A DNA stretch of 64,000 nucleotides, from NCBI GenBank assembly GCA_021818445.1, contig JAKAEB010000011.1, positions 2,269-66,268 of the forward strand. The letters are read 5' to 3'. This document shows positions 20,103 to 30,284 of this stretch, piece after piece. Both the position numbers and the translations under genes were made by a program. Under the pieces are notes generated by a model. It made no database searches and had not been told where the DNA came from. It was given only the letters and a program-made list of their open reading frames with translations. The number at the start of each line of letters is the position of its first letter. The stretch's first letter is position 1. Origin of the DNA: Planctomycetota bacterium (GTDB taxonomy: Bacteria > Planctomycetota > Phycisphaerae > WQYP01).

Positions 20103-20807
20103 ATGGTGGCCAAGACAATCAGTGAACGTATCGTGCTCGAAACAGAATCTCGTACGGCGTCCGGTCGGTTAGGCACCGACCGCCTCCGCGCTGAGGGAAG
20201 ACTGCCCGCCGTTATTTACGGCATCAAGGGGCAGAGCACGTCGGTGAGTATTGATGCAGCGTTGGCGGAACGTGCCGTGCACAGCGGTGCGCATCTGCTG
20301 GATTTGAAATTAAACGGGCAAATTGAGCACGTGCTCATTCAGGATGTGCAGTATGACCACCTGAATAAGAATATTTTGCACGTGGACTTTCTGCGGATCG
20401 ATCCGACTAAGAAAGTCCATGTCCGCCTGCCGCTGGAATTTAAGGGCGTCGCCAAAGGATCCAAAGAGGGTGGCGTACTGGATGTGCAGCATGCCGAACT
20501 GGAAGTTGAGACCTTGCCGCTGGAAATTCCGGACAGCCTGCGTGTGAATATCGACGATATGGAACTCAACGCTGCCATTCACGCGCGTGATATTGCCCTT
20601 CCGCCGGGGATGCGGCTATTAACCCCCGGTGAACAGATCGTGTGCCAGGTGAAACTGCCGAAGGCCGTCGACACCACAGCGGATGCGACGCCCGGACCAA
20701 CCGAGCCGGAAGTGATCGGCAAGAAGGTTGAAGAGGCGGTGGCGGGTACGGCGGCGGCGGCAGCGCCGGGTGCGGCCGGCAGTAAACCGGCCGGCGGTAA
20801 GAAATAA
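20103..20807 (+). CDS. rplY: 50S ribosomal protein L25/CTC
   Basis: LRAEGRLPAVIYG, ILHVDF, CTC extension; prs-rplY-pth synteny. Confidence 0.95.
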   Translation: MVAKTISERIVLETESRTASGRLGTDRLRAEGRLPAVIYGIKGQSTSVSIDAALAERAVHSGAHLLDLKLNGQIEHVLIQDVQYDHLNKNILHVDFLRIDPTKKVHVRLPLEFKGVAKGSKEGGVLDVQHAELEVETLPLEIPDSLRVNIDDMELNAAIHARDIALPPGMRLLTPGEQIVCQVKLPKAVDTTADATPGPTEPEVIGKKVEEAVAGTAAAAAPGAAGSKPAGGKK

Positions 20808-20874
20808 CGACACCCGGTCCGCCTGATTTGGCATTCAGGACTGCGGCAAGCGCGTGGTGCGCGTGGCGATTGAC

Positions 20875-21450
20875 ATGAAGCTTATCGTTGGCTTGGGCAA
20901 TCCGGGTTCGGAATATGAGCATACGCGGCACAACGCAGGATTTATGCTGGCCGACACGTTGGCCCGCTTAAACCATGCGGATCGCTGGCGCAAAGCGTTT
21001 CGCGGCCTGACTGCGGACTATCTTCTGGATAATCAGAAGGTGGTGTTGCTGAAGCCGGAAACATTTATGAATCTCAGCGGTCGCGCCGTGGGTGCGGCGA
21101 TTGACTTTTATCAATTGCCCGTGGATGACCTGCTTGTTTTGGTCGATGACATCGCCCTGCCGAACGGCAAAATTCGGCTAAGGGGTGGCGGGTCGAGTGG
21201 GGGCCACAATGGGCTGGCGCATATTGCCACCACGTTGAAGGGGTTAGATCAACGCGGAGCGGACTTTGCCCGCTTGCGAATTGGCGTGGGATCCCCCGGG
21301 CCTGTTCCTCTGGAACGCTATGTTTTGTCGCGTTTCAGCCCGGCGGAGGAGAGGGAATTGGAGGGGGCTTTAATTCGAGGCGCGAAGGCGGTAGACTGTT
21401 GGGTTCGGTCGGGGACAGTCGCCGCTATGAATGAGTTCAACGGCGGGTGA
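20875..21450 (+). CDS. pth: Peptidyl-tRNA hydrolase
   Basis: LIVGLGNPG, TRHNAG, KPETFMNLSG, GGHNGL, RLRIGVG. Confidence 0.97.
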   Translation: MKLIVGLGNPGSEYEHTRHNAGFMLADTLARLNHADRWRKAFRGLTADYLLDNQKVVLLKPETFMNLSGRAVGAAIDFYQLPVDDLLVLVDDIALPNGKIRLRGGGSSGGHNGLAHIATTLKGLDQRGADFARLRIGVGSPGPVPLERYVLSRFSPAEERELEGALIRGAKAVDCWVRSGTVAAMNEFNGG

Positions 21451-21648
21451 AAATTCGCCGGGTTTATGGCGGAGAGTTTGAGAAGGCTACCTCGCGGTGC
21501 GGCGGCCGGCCGATTCCGGGCACCTGCATGAAGCGGGTTTTAGGCCTTGGGGAGACGGAAAAAGTTGCGTATTTGTTTCAACGGGGAAACCCATGGCGAT
21601 GCACGTGGCATCGCTCGCCGTTGAATGTGTTTTTGGAGTTCAGTATTT

Positions 21649-22086
21649 ATGTCGGCACATATTGGCCAATATGAGGGATTGTTTCTGATTAACGCTGCCC
21701 ACGCTGGTGGGAACTGGGATGCCGCCCGCCAGGAGGTGGAGCATATCCTGGGACGCGCCAACGCAGAAGTGTTGCATCTGCGCAAATGGGATGAACGCCG
21801 TCTGGCCTATCCTATTGACGGACACAAACGCGGCGTTTACGCACTGGCGTTTTTCCGTTGTGAGGGGCCCAAGGTGGCCGGTATTGAGCGCGACGTACAA
21901 CTCTCCGCCAATATTATTCGTGTATTGATTACCAAGGCCGACCATCTGGCGCTGGCGGATGTGGAGCAAATGGTACCCCAGCAGCCGGTGGTCGATGAGC
22001 ATTCGGGACGCGGACACCGACGGTCGCATGACCGTCAGCCTGATCGCGCGGCGGATGCATCGGCCGAGCCGGAAATGACGGCTTAA
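21649..22086 (+). CDS. rpsF: 30S ribosomal protein S6
   Basis: YEGLFL, WDERRLAYPI, GVY. Confidence 0.93.
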   Translation: MSAHIGQYEGLFLINAAHAGGNWDAARQEVEHILGRANAEVLHLRKWDERRLAYPIDGHKRGVYALAFFRCEGPKVAGIERDVQLSANIIRVLITKADHLALADVEQMVPQQPVVDEHSGRGHRRSHDRQPDRAADASAEPEMTA

Positions 22087-22167
22087 TAACCGGACGTGGT
22101 TAGCTCTCGAAGCAAGTTTTCGGGGGTAGGCGTGTTTGACGATCGCACGCAATAAGAAGATTGAATT

Positions 22168-22638
22168 ATGGCGAATTTGAACAAAGTTTTTCTGATGGGT
22201 AATCTCACTCGAGACCCGCAGCTATCTTACACGCCGTCACAAACGCCGGTGTGCGAGTTGGGAATGGCGATCAATCGGCGATGGACCGGACAGGACGGCC
22301 AGCAGAAGGAGGAAGTCACCTACGTCGACTGCACCTCCTACGGCAAACAGGCGGAGACCCTTGCAAAATACATGAAAAAGGGGCGACCGCTGTTTGTTGA
22401 GGGCCGTCTTAAACTGGATCAGTGGGAAGCTCAGGATGGATCAAAGCGATCCAAAATGCGTATCGTTATTGAGGGGTTCCAATTTCTTGGTGGGCCGGAT
22501 TCCCGTTCAGGCGATGCGGCCGAAGGTGGCGGTGGCCAGCGCTATCAACCTCGATCGGCACCGGCGGCGGGACGACCAGCCGCCCCACAGACGGACGATG
22601 AACCGCCACCGGTATCGGACGACGATATTCCGTTTTGA
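22168..22638 (+). CDS. ssb: Single-stranded DNA-binding protein
   Basis: LNKVFLMGNLTRDP, VEGRL, C-terminal DDDIPF. Confidence 0.97.
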   Translation: MANLNKVFLMGNLTRDPQLSYTPSQTPVCELGMAINRRWTGQDGQQKEEVTYVDCTSYGKQAETLAKYMKKGRPLFVEGRLKLDQWEAQDGSKRSKMRIVIEGFQFLGGPDSRSGDAAEGGGGQRYQPRSAPAAGRPAAPQTDDEPPPVSDDDIPF

Positions 22639-22718
22639 CGGTATTTTGAAATCGTGTTGCGATGGGCAGATGCCATCGGACATTTAACCACTAGCTCGAT
22701 GAATTGATGAGGTGCATG

Positions 22719-23237
22719 ATGAAAGTTTTATTGACAGACTCAATTGATAAGGTCGGTATTGTCGGCACTGTTGTGGATGTAAGCGAAGGCTACGCCCGCA
22801 ATTACCTGTTGCCCAAAAAACTGGCCACCACACCGACGCAGGGTAATATCCAGCGTTTGGAGGCCGCCCGTAAGGAACACGAAGCGCACATGAAGTTGCT
22901 GCGCGAGCAAAAGGAAGCCTTGCTTGAGGCCATCACTGGCCTGGAACTCACCATAGCGCGTGCATCGAACGAAGAGGGCCACCTGTTTGGGTCGGTATCG
23001 CGGCGCGACATCTCGGAAGAGCTGATGAAACTTGGACATGCTGTTACACCCGACGATGTGCGGCTTGATGAACCTCTGCGTCGTATTGACACCTTTATGG
23101 TCAATGTGCAGTTGGCATCCGACCTTAAAACTCAGATCAAAATCTGGGTGGTGCGTGAAAAGACGGCCGAGGAAGCCGCAGCGGCTCAGCAAGGTACCGC
23201 TGGCGATGCGGCTGCAGCGGCACCAGTGGCGGAATAA
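22719..23237 (+). CDS. rplI: 50S ribosomal protein L9
   Basis: MKVLL, GYARNYLLP, LFGSV. Confidence 0.96.
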   Translation: MKVLLTDSIDKVGIVGTVVDVSEGYARNYLLPKKLATTPTQGNIQRLEAARKEHEAHMKLLREQKEALLEAITGLELTIARASNEEGHLFGSVSRRDISEELMKLGHAVTPDDVRLDEPLRRIDTFMVNVQLASDLKTQIKIWVVREKTAEEAAAAQQGTAGDAAAAAPVAE

Positions 23238-23351
23238 TGTGCTGGCAGCAGCACGGCTTTGCGGCCGCGCTGTGTAAAATGGCAGTACTCCGTCCCAAAG
23301 GACTTTGTAAAAAAGCCGATATGGGTTTGAACGCCGTATCGGTTTTTTTTA

Positions 23352-24131
23352 ATGGCCATGCGAATAATGATTTACAACATACTCGACGGCGGCACGGGCC
23401 GAATCGACCCGATCTGTCATGTGATTGGTTCGGCGCATCCGGACATTGTATTGCTTTGCGAAGCGACGGATCACATGCAGACGATGACCATCGCACGCAA
23501 ACTGGAAATGGCCGTGTTTCCAGCCCAATTGCCAAATAATCCCCGCGGGGCCGTGGCGTTACTTAGCCGATGGGAAATTGCCCAAGCCGTCAATTGGGGC
23601 GCAATCAACCCGAAGGAAAAATCGGCCGCACTTATCGCGACGGTGCGGAAATCGGATAGGGATGTGGTCGTTGTGGGTTCGCACTTTGCCTATGCATGCC
23701 ATGGCGATGACGAAAGACGACAACTGGAAACAATAATCGCCAGCGCAGCACCGGCAGGACAACGGCAAACGGACATGCTGCTGTTAATCGGTGATGCAAC
23801 TGATGAAGGCAGTCAAAAACAGGATGGGAATGTGGGAGAGGCAAAAGCCAGCCCGTCGCCTGGAACCGCCCCACTGCCACCCGTGAAGGCCGCCGAAAAC
23901 GGTGCGTTGGCTTTTTTGGAACAGCACGGCTGGATTGACACCCACATTGCGGAATCCAATGGCAGTTTGCCGACGCCAAATTACCCAACATACAAGCCGA
24001 CATCGCGAGCCGACCGGATTTTCGTCAAAAACACGCCATATTTGCGAATTGAAAGCTCCCGGGTGATTCAAAATCCGTTGGCAAGATTTGCAAGCGATCA
24101 CTATCCAGTGGTTGCGGATGTAGCATTTTGA
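23352..24131 (+). CDS. Endonuclease/exonuclease/phosphatase (EEP) family protein
   Basis: RIMIYNI, PDIVLLCE, GD, RADRIF, ASDHYPV. Confidence 0.85.
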   Translation: MAMRIMIYNILDGGTGRIDPICHVIGSAHPDIVLLCEATDHMQTMTIARKLEMAVFPAQLPNNPRGAVALLSRWEIAQAVNWGAINPKEKSAALIATVRKSDRDVVVVGSHFAYACHGDDERRQLETIIASAAPAGQRQTDMLLLIGDATDEGSQKQDGNVGEAKASPSPGTAPLPPVKAAENGALAFLEQHGWIDTHIAESNGSLPTPNYPTYKPTSRADRIFVKNTPYLRIESSRVIQNPLARFASDHYPVVADVAF

Positions 24132-24216
24132 CGGCGCGCCTGCATGTTTTCTCCGCCACGGTCGTTAAAGCTGATAGAATACCCCCGGCGTCTTATACGG
24201 TAACGGAGGCAATCAT

Positions 24217-24930
24217 ATGAACCGCTTAAAATATCTTCTGGCGGTATTGTTGTGCCTATGCGCTGCGGCGGTGACCAAAGCCGGTACAGGTCCCACTACC
24301 GCCCCGGCGAAACGTACCATCACCTACCCGGATTATTCTACGCCCCGCCGGGCGGTGCAAACTTTTATATGGGCAGTCGAAGGGCATGATTCAGGCAAAA
24401 TATCAGCCTGCCTTTACGGACGCACCAAGCTGGAGGAATCGGCCGCCAACGCCTTTGCCCAGATGACCGCGGCGATGGGGTCGATGCTGGCGACGGCCAA
24501 GAATCGGTTGGGACCTCCGCCGGGCCACGCGCAGGCACCATCTTTTACTGCCCGGCTTGAAGCTTTACGGAAGGCATTGGTGCATTCGACCGTTTCGATC
24601 AAGGGCGACAGGGCTGTGATTGGATTTACGACGGAAAAGGGAGGCGCGGCTCGAAAATCTCTGCATCTGGTAAAGCGCGGGGCAGAATGGAAATTGAATA
24701 TTCAATATATGCTGCATCTTAGTCAGAAGGGATTGACGCACAAGCTCATTCGGCACCGCATCGCCAACGAGTTGACATTTGCCCATTTGCTGCGGTCGAT
24801 AAAAGCCGATTTAATTTCGGGCAAGATCAAAACATGGCGACAATTTACGGTGGATTTTGAATCGCGTGTGCTCGCGGTCACTGCCCGCAAAGAGGCGGAA
24901 AAAGAGGCCAAACACAAAGTACCGCATTGA
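24217..24930 (+). CDS. Hypothetical secreted basic protein
   Basis: Signal peptide; GGAGG SD; TPRRAV..F, I.GDRAV, L.K.G.EWK pattern of NTF2-like exported proteins. Confidence 0.7.
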   Translation: MNRLKYLLAVLLCLCAAAVTKAGTGPTTAPAKRTITYPDYSTPRRAVQTFIWAVEGHDSGKISACLYGRTKLEESAANAFAQMTAAMGSMLATAKNRLGPPPGHAQAPSFTARLEALRKALVHSTVSIKGDRAVIGFTTEKGGAARKSLHLVKRGAEWKLNIQYMLHLSQKGLTHKLIRHRIANELTFAHLLRSIKADLISGKIKTWRQFTVDFESRVLAVTARKEAEKEAKHKVPH

Positions 24931-24976
24931 TGTTGGAAACGCTTCGTCTGTGCGATGAATGAGGTGGTCGGGGGGC

Positions 24977-25756
24977 CTACCCTTTCTTCCAGTATCGCTT
25001 GAAAATAAAGCCGGTCAGCCCCAGCATAATCAGCCCGAGCGGCAGGCCAAGTACGGCGATTTGAGAAAATAGCTGATACATCGATGAATGCCCTTTCGCC
25101 GCCGAGCTTTCAGCGCCCGTCGGCCCCGCGGTAAGATGCACCACGGCCCAAATGCCGATGCCCAAGGCGACGAGTCCCATGGCAACTAATATCGGAATAA
25201 GCGTTTTATAATGCTCGGGCATACCTGTCGATCGTTTGAGGGGAACCCTGTTTGCCACCGGTGCGCGATCTGCATGGGTTGGTGCGTCGTGCAGGGGCGG
25301 ATCGTCGACTTCTTCCACCGGCGCGGAGGTGTATATTGTCGGTTCAGAATTTGACGCATCGACCGAAACCGGGTCGTTATTAACAGGCCCGGCCGTGCTG
25401 TCAGCATCGGGCGGCGCGGGGGCATCGGGACGCACGGCGATAATTCTGGCTTCCGGTATTTCTCCGGTGTCCCGCCGCAGCGAGTCATGCCCTCCACCCA
25501 TGGCCGGCAGCGACCCGGAGGAGCCCGCACCGGAGCCACCGCCCATCCCGCCCTGGGCAAGCATCGCGGCAAACCCGGTGGCACTGGCGGAATCCGACTC
25601 ATTACGGCCACCATCGTTTTGGGCACCACCATAGTGACGTTCAAGTGCGGCCAATGCGTCGTCTGAAATAGACGGTTGCGCGGGCTTTCTGCCTCTGTTA
25701 TTCGATACCGAATCGCCAGACTTGTCCGAATTAGAACCTGCTGGTTTATTTGGCAT
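24977..25756 (-). CDS. Hypothetical protein with low-complexity N-terminus and two C-terminal TM helices
   Basis: GGGGAG SD; two hydrophobic helices near the C-terminus. Confidence 0.7.
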   Translation of the reverse strand: MPNKPAGSNSDKSGDSVSNNRGRKPAQPSISDDALAALERHYGGAQNDGGRNESDSASATGFAAMLAQGGMGGGSGAGSSGSLPAMGGGHDSLRRDTGEIPEARIIAVRPDAPAPPDADSTAGPVNNDPVSVDASNSEPTIYTSAPVEEVDDPPLHDAPTHADRAPVANRVPLKRSTGMPEHYKTLIPILVAMGLVALGIGIWAVVHLTAGPTGAESSAAKGHSSMYQLFSQIAVLGLPLGLIMLGLTGFIFKRYWKKG

Positions 25757-26041
25757 GCCAACTCCCCAAAAATACAGCGGGACGTAGCGAATCCCTCCTG
25801 ATGTTTAAGTCATGATAACCTTTACGGTAAGGGGTTACAACGAAAAAGACCAAATTTTCTCTGCCATCCGGTCAACATGCGCATTGAATCGCGCTTTTGC
25901 CCCGTGATGCGGACGAAGGATAGAATTTCGCATAACATTCAGACTGCCGATTGCCGCTGTTGCCAACCGACAACGACAGCGATGGATGGCAATAAGATGG
26001 GGTGTCGGTGGACGGATATTACGGCGCTATGAAAGGCCAAT

Positions 26042-27457
26042 ATGAATTCACAGGAATTTGATCTGGTGGTTATCGGGGCTGGCCCGGCGGGTTATACCGG
26101 TGCCATTCGCGCCGCGCAGCTTGGCCTGCGTGTGGCATGCGTTGAAAAGGAAGCCAAACTTGGCGGCACGTGCCTGCGGGTGGGCTGCATACCCAGCAAA
26201 ACGTTATTGGACGCCACCGAGAAACTGGTAATGGCCCGCGATCACTTTTCTCACATTGGGATCCGGTGCGGTGAGGTATCGGCGGATATTTCGACGTTGA
26301 TGGCACGCAAGACGAAGGTTGTCGAGACATTATCCGGCGGTATTGCGGGATTATTTAAAAAGAACAAGGTAACCCACCTGCATGGAACGGCCCGGTTTCA
26401 ATCGCACGAGGAATTGACTGTGGAATCGGCATCCGGCTCGACCACGGTCAAGGCGCGACACTTTTTAATTGCCACGGGCAGCGTGCCGATTGAACTGCCC
26501 GATCTGCCTTTTGATGGACGAACCATTATTAATTCCGACCAGGCGATTGCCCTTGAAAAAGTGCCGGCAAAAATGGTGGTTATTGGCTCCGGTGCCATTG
26601 GGTTGGAACTCTCATCGGTATGGCGACGGCTGGGTGCCGATGTGACCGTCCTGGAACTGTTCCCATCGGTTTTGCCCGGCAGCGATGAGGAAATGGCCCG
26701 TCTGATGGAGATGGCCATGAAAGACCAGGGCCTGAAATTTCATTTCAATTCGCAGGCCGGCGGTGTGCGCCGCGAGAAAGATCAGCTTTTTGTTAAATAC
26801 ACAACCAAAGCGGGTGATCAGAAGGAACAGTCCGGCGAACTGCCTGCCGATGTGGTTTTGGTTGCAGTGGGTCGGCGGGCCTTTACCGGCCAACTGGGCT
26901 TGGAACAGATTGGCGTGAAGTTGGATAACCGCGGCCGGGTGGAGATCAATGGGCATTGGCGCACCAATGTTGAATCAATATTTGCGGTGGGCGATGTCGT
27001 AGCCGGGCCCATGCTGGCACATAAGGCGGAGGAGGAAGCCGTGGCATGTGTCGAGCAACTGGCCGGACATGCCGGGCACGTGGACTATGGCACAATTCCT
27101 TTTGTGGTGTATACATCGCCAGAACTTGCGTGGGTAGGCAAAACCCAGGAACAGCTCAAACAGGCGGGGGTCGACTTTAAGGTTGGTAAATTCAGGTTTG
27201 CCGCCAATTCGCGTGCGATATGCATGAATGATACATTTGGCATGGTAAAGATTCTGGCCGACAGCCAGACTGACCGCGTGCTGGGTGTGCATGTCATTGG
27301 ACCGCAGGCATCGAGCCTGATTGCCGAGGCCGTCATGGCGATGGCCATGGGTGCCAGCAGCGAAGACATTGCGCGCACGTGCCATGCGCATCCCACGCTG
27401 CCGGAAGCCATGCGGGAAGCGGCGCTGGGCGTTGACGGCCGCACCATCAATTCCTGA
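26042..27457 (+). CDS. lpdA: Dihydrolipoyl dehydrogenase
   Basis: GAGPAG, GGTCLRVGCIPSK, PMLAHKA, HAHPTLPE. Confidence 0.97.
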   Translation: MNSQEFDLVVIGAGPAGYTGAIRAAQLGLRVACVEKEAKLGGTCLRVGCIPSKTLLDATEKLVMARDHFSHIGIRCGEVSADISTLMARKTKVVETLSGGIAGLFKKNKVTHLHGTARFQSHEELTVESASGSTTVKARHFLIATGSVPIELPDLPFDGRTIINSDQAIALEKVPAKMVVIGSGAIGLELSSVWRRLGADVTVLELFPSVLPGSDEEMARLMEMAMKDQGLKFHFNSQAGGVRREKDQLFVKYTTKAGDQKEQSGELPADVVLVAVGRRAFTGQLGLEQIGVKLDNRGRVEINGHWRTNVESIFAVGDVVAGPMLAHKAEEEAVACVEQLAGHAGHVDYGTIPFVVYTSPELAWVGKTQEQLKQAGVDFKVGKFRFAANSRAICMNDTFGMVKILADSQTDRVLGVHVIGPQASSLIAEAVMAMAMGASSEDIARTCHAHPTLPEAMREAALGVDGRTINS

Positions 27458-27671
27458 CGGACTGCGCCCGGCCGACTGCTGGCTTGGCGATCGTCCGTTT
27501 CCGGTTTCAGGCGAAACCACACTTTGCGCGATTGGCCACTCTCGAGTTGACGGGCGTGGCCATTTTTCCCGGGCGGAGGTTAGGCCGCCAAAAAAATTTG
27601 GCCGGTTGGCTGCACATCGGTTTGCATCTCTATTTTGCGCCAGTAGGATGGACGCAAAGGAGTGTGCACGA

Positions 27672-28391
27672 ATGGCTGATATGGCAGTGCTGATTGTGAT
27701 GGCGGATCCACCCTGGGCGATTGCAGGTTCCGGCCATCCATTTCATAAGGCGGATAGCCGCGAGATTTTCCTGCGTACCATCGAACTTTATGCCAACCGC
27801 GACAATATTGAGCAGCGAATATTGTGTGTGCTGCCGGACGATCTTTCGCGCGTCAATTCCCGGTACGGGCCCAATTTGGGGTTTCAGGGCGTGGCGGTAT
27901 CAGCGGCTGGCCCGGACTGGTTCGGCACAGTGGCGCACGGGCTTAAAAAGCTTGATCCGCAGATCAAATGGGTCATCATTCATGACGCATCCTGCCCCGC
28001 GGCACCGCAGACATTAATCGATGACCTTGAGGCGGCCGCCGCTCAAACGGGTGCCGCATGCGCGGTAACGGCCGTGCAATGTTTGATGGCAAAAAATAAT
28101 AAACCCGGTCAGGCTCTTTCACCGTCCGTCGTCAAGGGATATCAGATACAGTCACCATGCATTTTTTCCCGTGAATTGATCTGCCGGGCGTATGACGCAC
28201 GCAAACCGGCGACGGATGACTGTGCATTGGTTGAGGCGGCGGGTGGGAAGGTGCAGCCGATTGAAGGTGCGCCATTGAATATGCGCATCGATTCTGATGC
28301 GATGGTGCGACTTTCCGGAGATTTGATCCGCCATCTGCCCAAGCCGAAACCCAAAGGGCCTATGACACCCTTTGAAGAAGCCCAGTGGTGA
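27672..28391 (+). CDS. Divergent IspD/TarI-like cytidylyltransferase-fold protein
   Basis: VIIHDASCP, QSP..F, ATDDCALVE..G, G...NMRI; AAAGGAG SD before 27672; canonical Gly/Arg/Lys motifs altered. Confidence 0.75.
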   Translation: MADMAVLIVMADPPWAIAGSGHPFHKADSREIFLRTIELYANRDNIEQRILCVLPDDLSRVNSRYGPNLGFQGVAVSAAGPDWFGTVAHGLKKLDPQIKWVIIHDASCPAAPQTLIDDLEAAAAQTGAACAVTAVQCLMAKNNKPGQALSPSVVKGYQIQSPCIFSRELICRAYDARKPATDDCALVEAAGGKVQPIEGAPLNMRIDSDAMVRLSGDLIRHLPKPKPKGPMTPFEEAQW

Positions 28392-28410
28392 TGAGGGGGC
28401 TGCGGCCGGA

Positions 28411-29511
28411 ATGGCGCAAAACATTATATTTTTGATAACTGACCTGGACCTTGGTGGCAGCCCGCTGGTGGTCCGGTCGCTGGTTCGCGGCCTGCGTGCC
28501 GGGGGCCGGTGGAATCCGACGGTAATCAGCATCAAATCGGCGGGGATAGTGGCCAAATGGATACGTGTTGAAGGAACCGAGGTTTTCAGTCTGCACGCGC
28601 GGTCGGTGAAGGATACCGGTGCGGTGCGGCGCTATTGCAGAATCATCAATCATCTCGAGCCGCAGATCATTTTCAGCACGCTGGTCCATGCCAATTTGCT
28701 CGCAACAGTCTGCAAGCGTGTGCTGCCGAGTTGTCGGTATGTGCAGTCAATCCACACCCTGCAGGACAACCCTCGATGGCATTGGTACGCGCAGGGACTC
28801 ATCAGCCGCGCCGCCGATGCCGTCGTTGCTCCATCGCAGGCGGTACTCGACAAAATTGCCGCCCACGGGCACTTTTCGCGCGGGGCGGTAATCGCCAACG
28901 GTGTGGATGTGGAAGTGCTCTCCCATACCGAGCCCGTGCCTGCCGATGAACTGCCGTGGGATGCAGGATCAAAAATCGTGGGATACGTGGGGCGGTTTGA
29001 CCCGGTAAAAAATCTGGATCGGCTTATATTGGAATTTTCCCAGGCGCTGATCGCCGATTACGCTGCCTGGCAGAATGTTCATCTGGCACTGGTCGGCTAT
29101 GGCAAAATTGAGCCGCAACTCAAAAGCCTGGCCAAACAGTACGGAATCCGCTCTCATGTGCATTTTTGCGGTCCCACCGCACAGCCAGCCACATGGATGA
29201 AACGCTTTGATGTGACGGTGATGCCATCGACGGTGGAAGGTTTTGGCCTTACGGTGGTGGAATCGATGGCTTGCGGCGTGCCGGTTGCGGCCTTTGACGC
29301 CCCCGCCATCAATGAGATTATCACCGATGGTGAAACAGGCGTACTGGCCAACCCCCATGAGCCTGGTGCCCTGATGGCGGCCATTTTTAAGCTTTTGCAC
29401 AATCCGGAGGCTTACCGCGACATTCAGAACCGGGGGCGTCAATTGGCGGCAGAGCAGTACACCATTGACCGCATGGTGGCGCGATACGACGACTTACTGG
29501 TAAAATTGTAA
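28411..29511 (+). CDS. Glycosyltransferase family 4
   Basis: LDLGG, IANGVD, VGRFDPVKN, EGFGLTVVESMACGVP. Confidence 0.93.
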   Translation: MAQNIIFLITDLDLGGSPLVVRSLVRGLRAGGRWNPTVISIKSAGIVAKWIRVEGTEVFSLHARSVKDTGAVRRYCRIINHLEPQIIFSTLVHANLLATVCKRVLPSCRYVQSIHTLQDNPRWHWYAQGLISRAADAVVAPSQAVLDKIAAHGHFSRGAVIANGVDVEVLSHTEPVPADELPWDAGSKIVGYVGRFDPVKNLDRLILEFSQALIADYAAWQNVHLALVGYGKIEPQLKSLAKQYGIRSHVHFCGPTAQPATWMKRFDVTVMPSTVEGFGLTVVESMACGVPVAAFDAPAINEIITDGETGVLANPHEPGALMAAIFKLLHNPEAYRDIQNRGRQLAAEQYTIDRMVARYDDLLVKL

Positions 29512-29654
29512 CTTGCGCCAGATTTTTGGGATTTTACACCACCCGGCTACATACACCATTCATGGGCTTATTTTCATAATTCCACCCCACCTTTTGTGGT
29601 TTGGCGGGCTGCTCCTCACCTGCACCGACGACCGGTGAATCAAAATCCCAAAAA

Positions 29655-29692
29655 TTGGTTGCAAAGTGTAGAGATGTGGGGCATAATGTGTC
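29655..29692 (+). promoter_or_regulatory. mraZ promoter with overlapping MraZ-box-like repeats
   Basis: TTGCAA-N17-CATAAT (29659-29687); GTGTA (29666) and GTGGG (29676) spaced 10 nt apart. Confidence 0.55.
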
Positions 29693-29739
29693 GATAGGTT
29701 ATCGAGCAGAAAGTTGTTCTGCGGTGAGAAGGCTGTTTG

Positions 29740-30282
29740 ATGTCGTTTTTAAGCCGGTACGACCATACCATAGATTCCAAAAATCGTCTGCTGCTACCGG
29801 CGGCGCATCGGAAGGCCTTGGATGCTCAAAACTTGGGGGCGGCGTTGATCGCCCGGGCCGTTTTGGGCCGCGACCCGGAGTCGGGTTTGAAGTTTCGTTA
29901 TGTGGAGCTTACGCCACAAGCAGTTTATGAGGATTTTTCGGCCGTCGATGCACCCCGAAACAGCTTGTTGATCGACAGTAAGCAGATAGACCAGGCGTAC
30001 CGGGTGTACGGGTCGGCCCACATGATGGAGTTGGATGATGCAGGGCGGATTCTGTTAACGGATCGATTTGTGAATCGAACCGGCAAGGAACCGAATCCGC
30101 GGGGCGAAAAGATGCTTCGTGGTGAAGTAAGCATAGTTGGCATGGGGCAAAGCATTCAATTGTGGAATGCCAACGAATTGTTGTGGTATGACCAGCGCAA
30201 GCTGGAACGGTACCTTGGAGAACCGTTATCGAGTTGGGACAACATTATGGAGGAGAGCGGAGCACCAGATTCTCGGGGGTGA
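29740..30282 (+). CDS. mraZ: Division/cell wall cluster repressor MraZ (divergent)
   Basis: FLSRYDHTIDSKNRLLLP, ELDDAGRILL, VG...IQLW; upstream of rsmH. Confidence 0.85.
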   Translation: MSFLSRYDHTIDSKNRLLLPAAHRKALDAQNLGAALIARAVLGRDPESGLKFRYVELTPQAVYEDFSAVDAPRNSLLIDSKQIDQAYRVYGSAHMMELDDAGRILLTDRFVNRTGKEPNPRGEKMLRGEVSIVGMGQSIQLWNANELLWYDQRKLERYLGEPLSSWDNIMEESGAPDSRG

Positions 30283-30284
30283 GG

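Noticed and set aside
22638..22719. Missing rpsR between ssb and rplI
   Set aside because: No pseudogene remnant; relocation of rpsR is unremarkable
27321..27671. N-terminal extension of the IspD-like ORF
   Set aside because: Overlaps lpdA; SD-supported start at 27672
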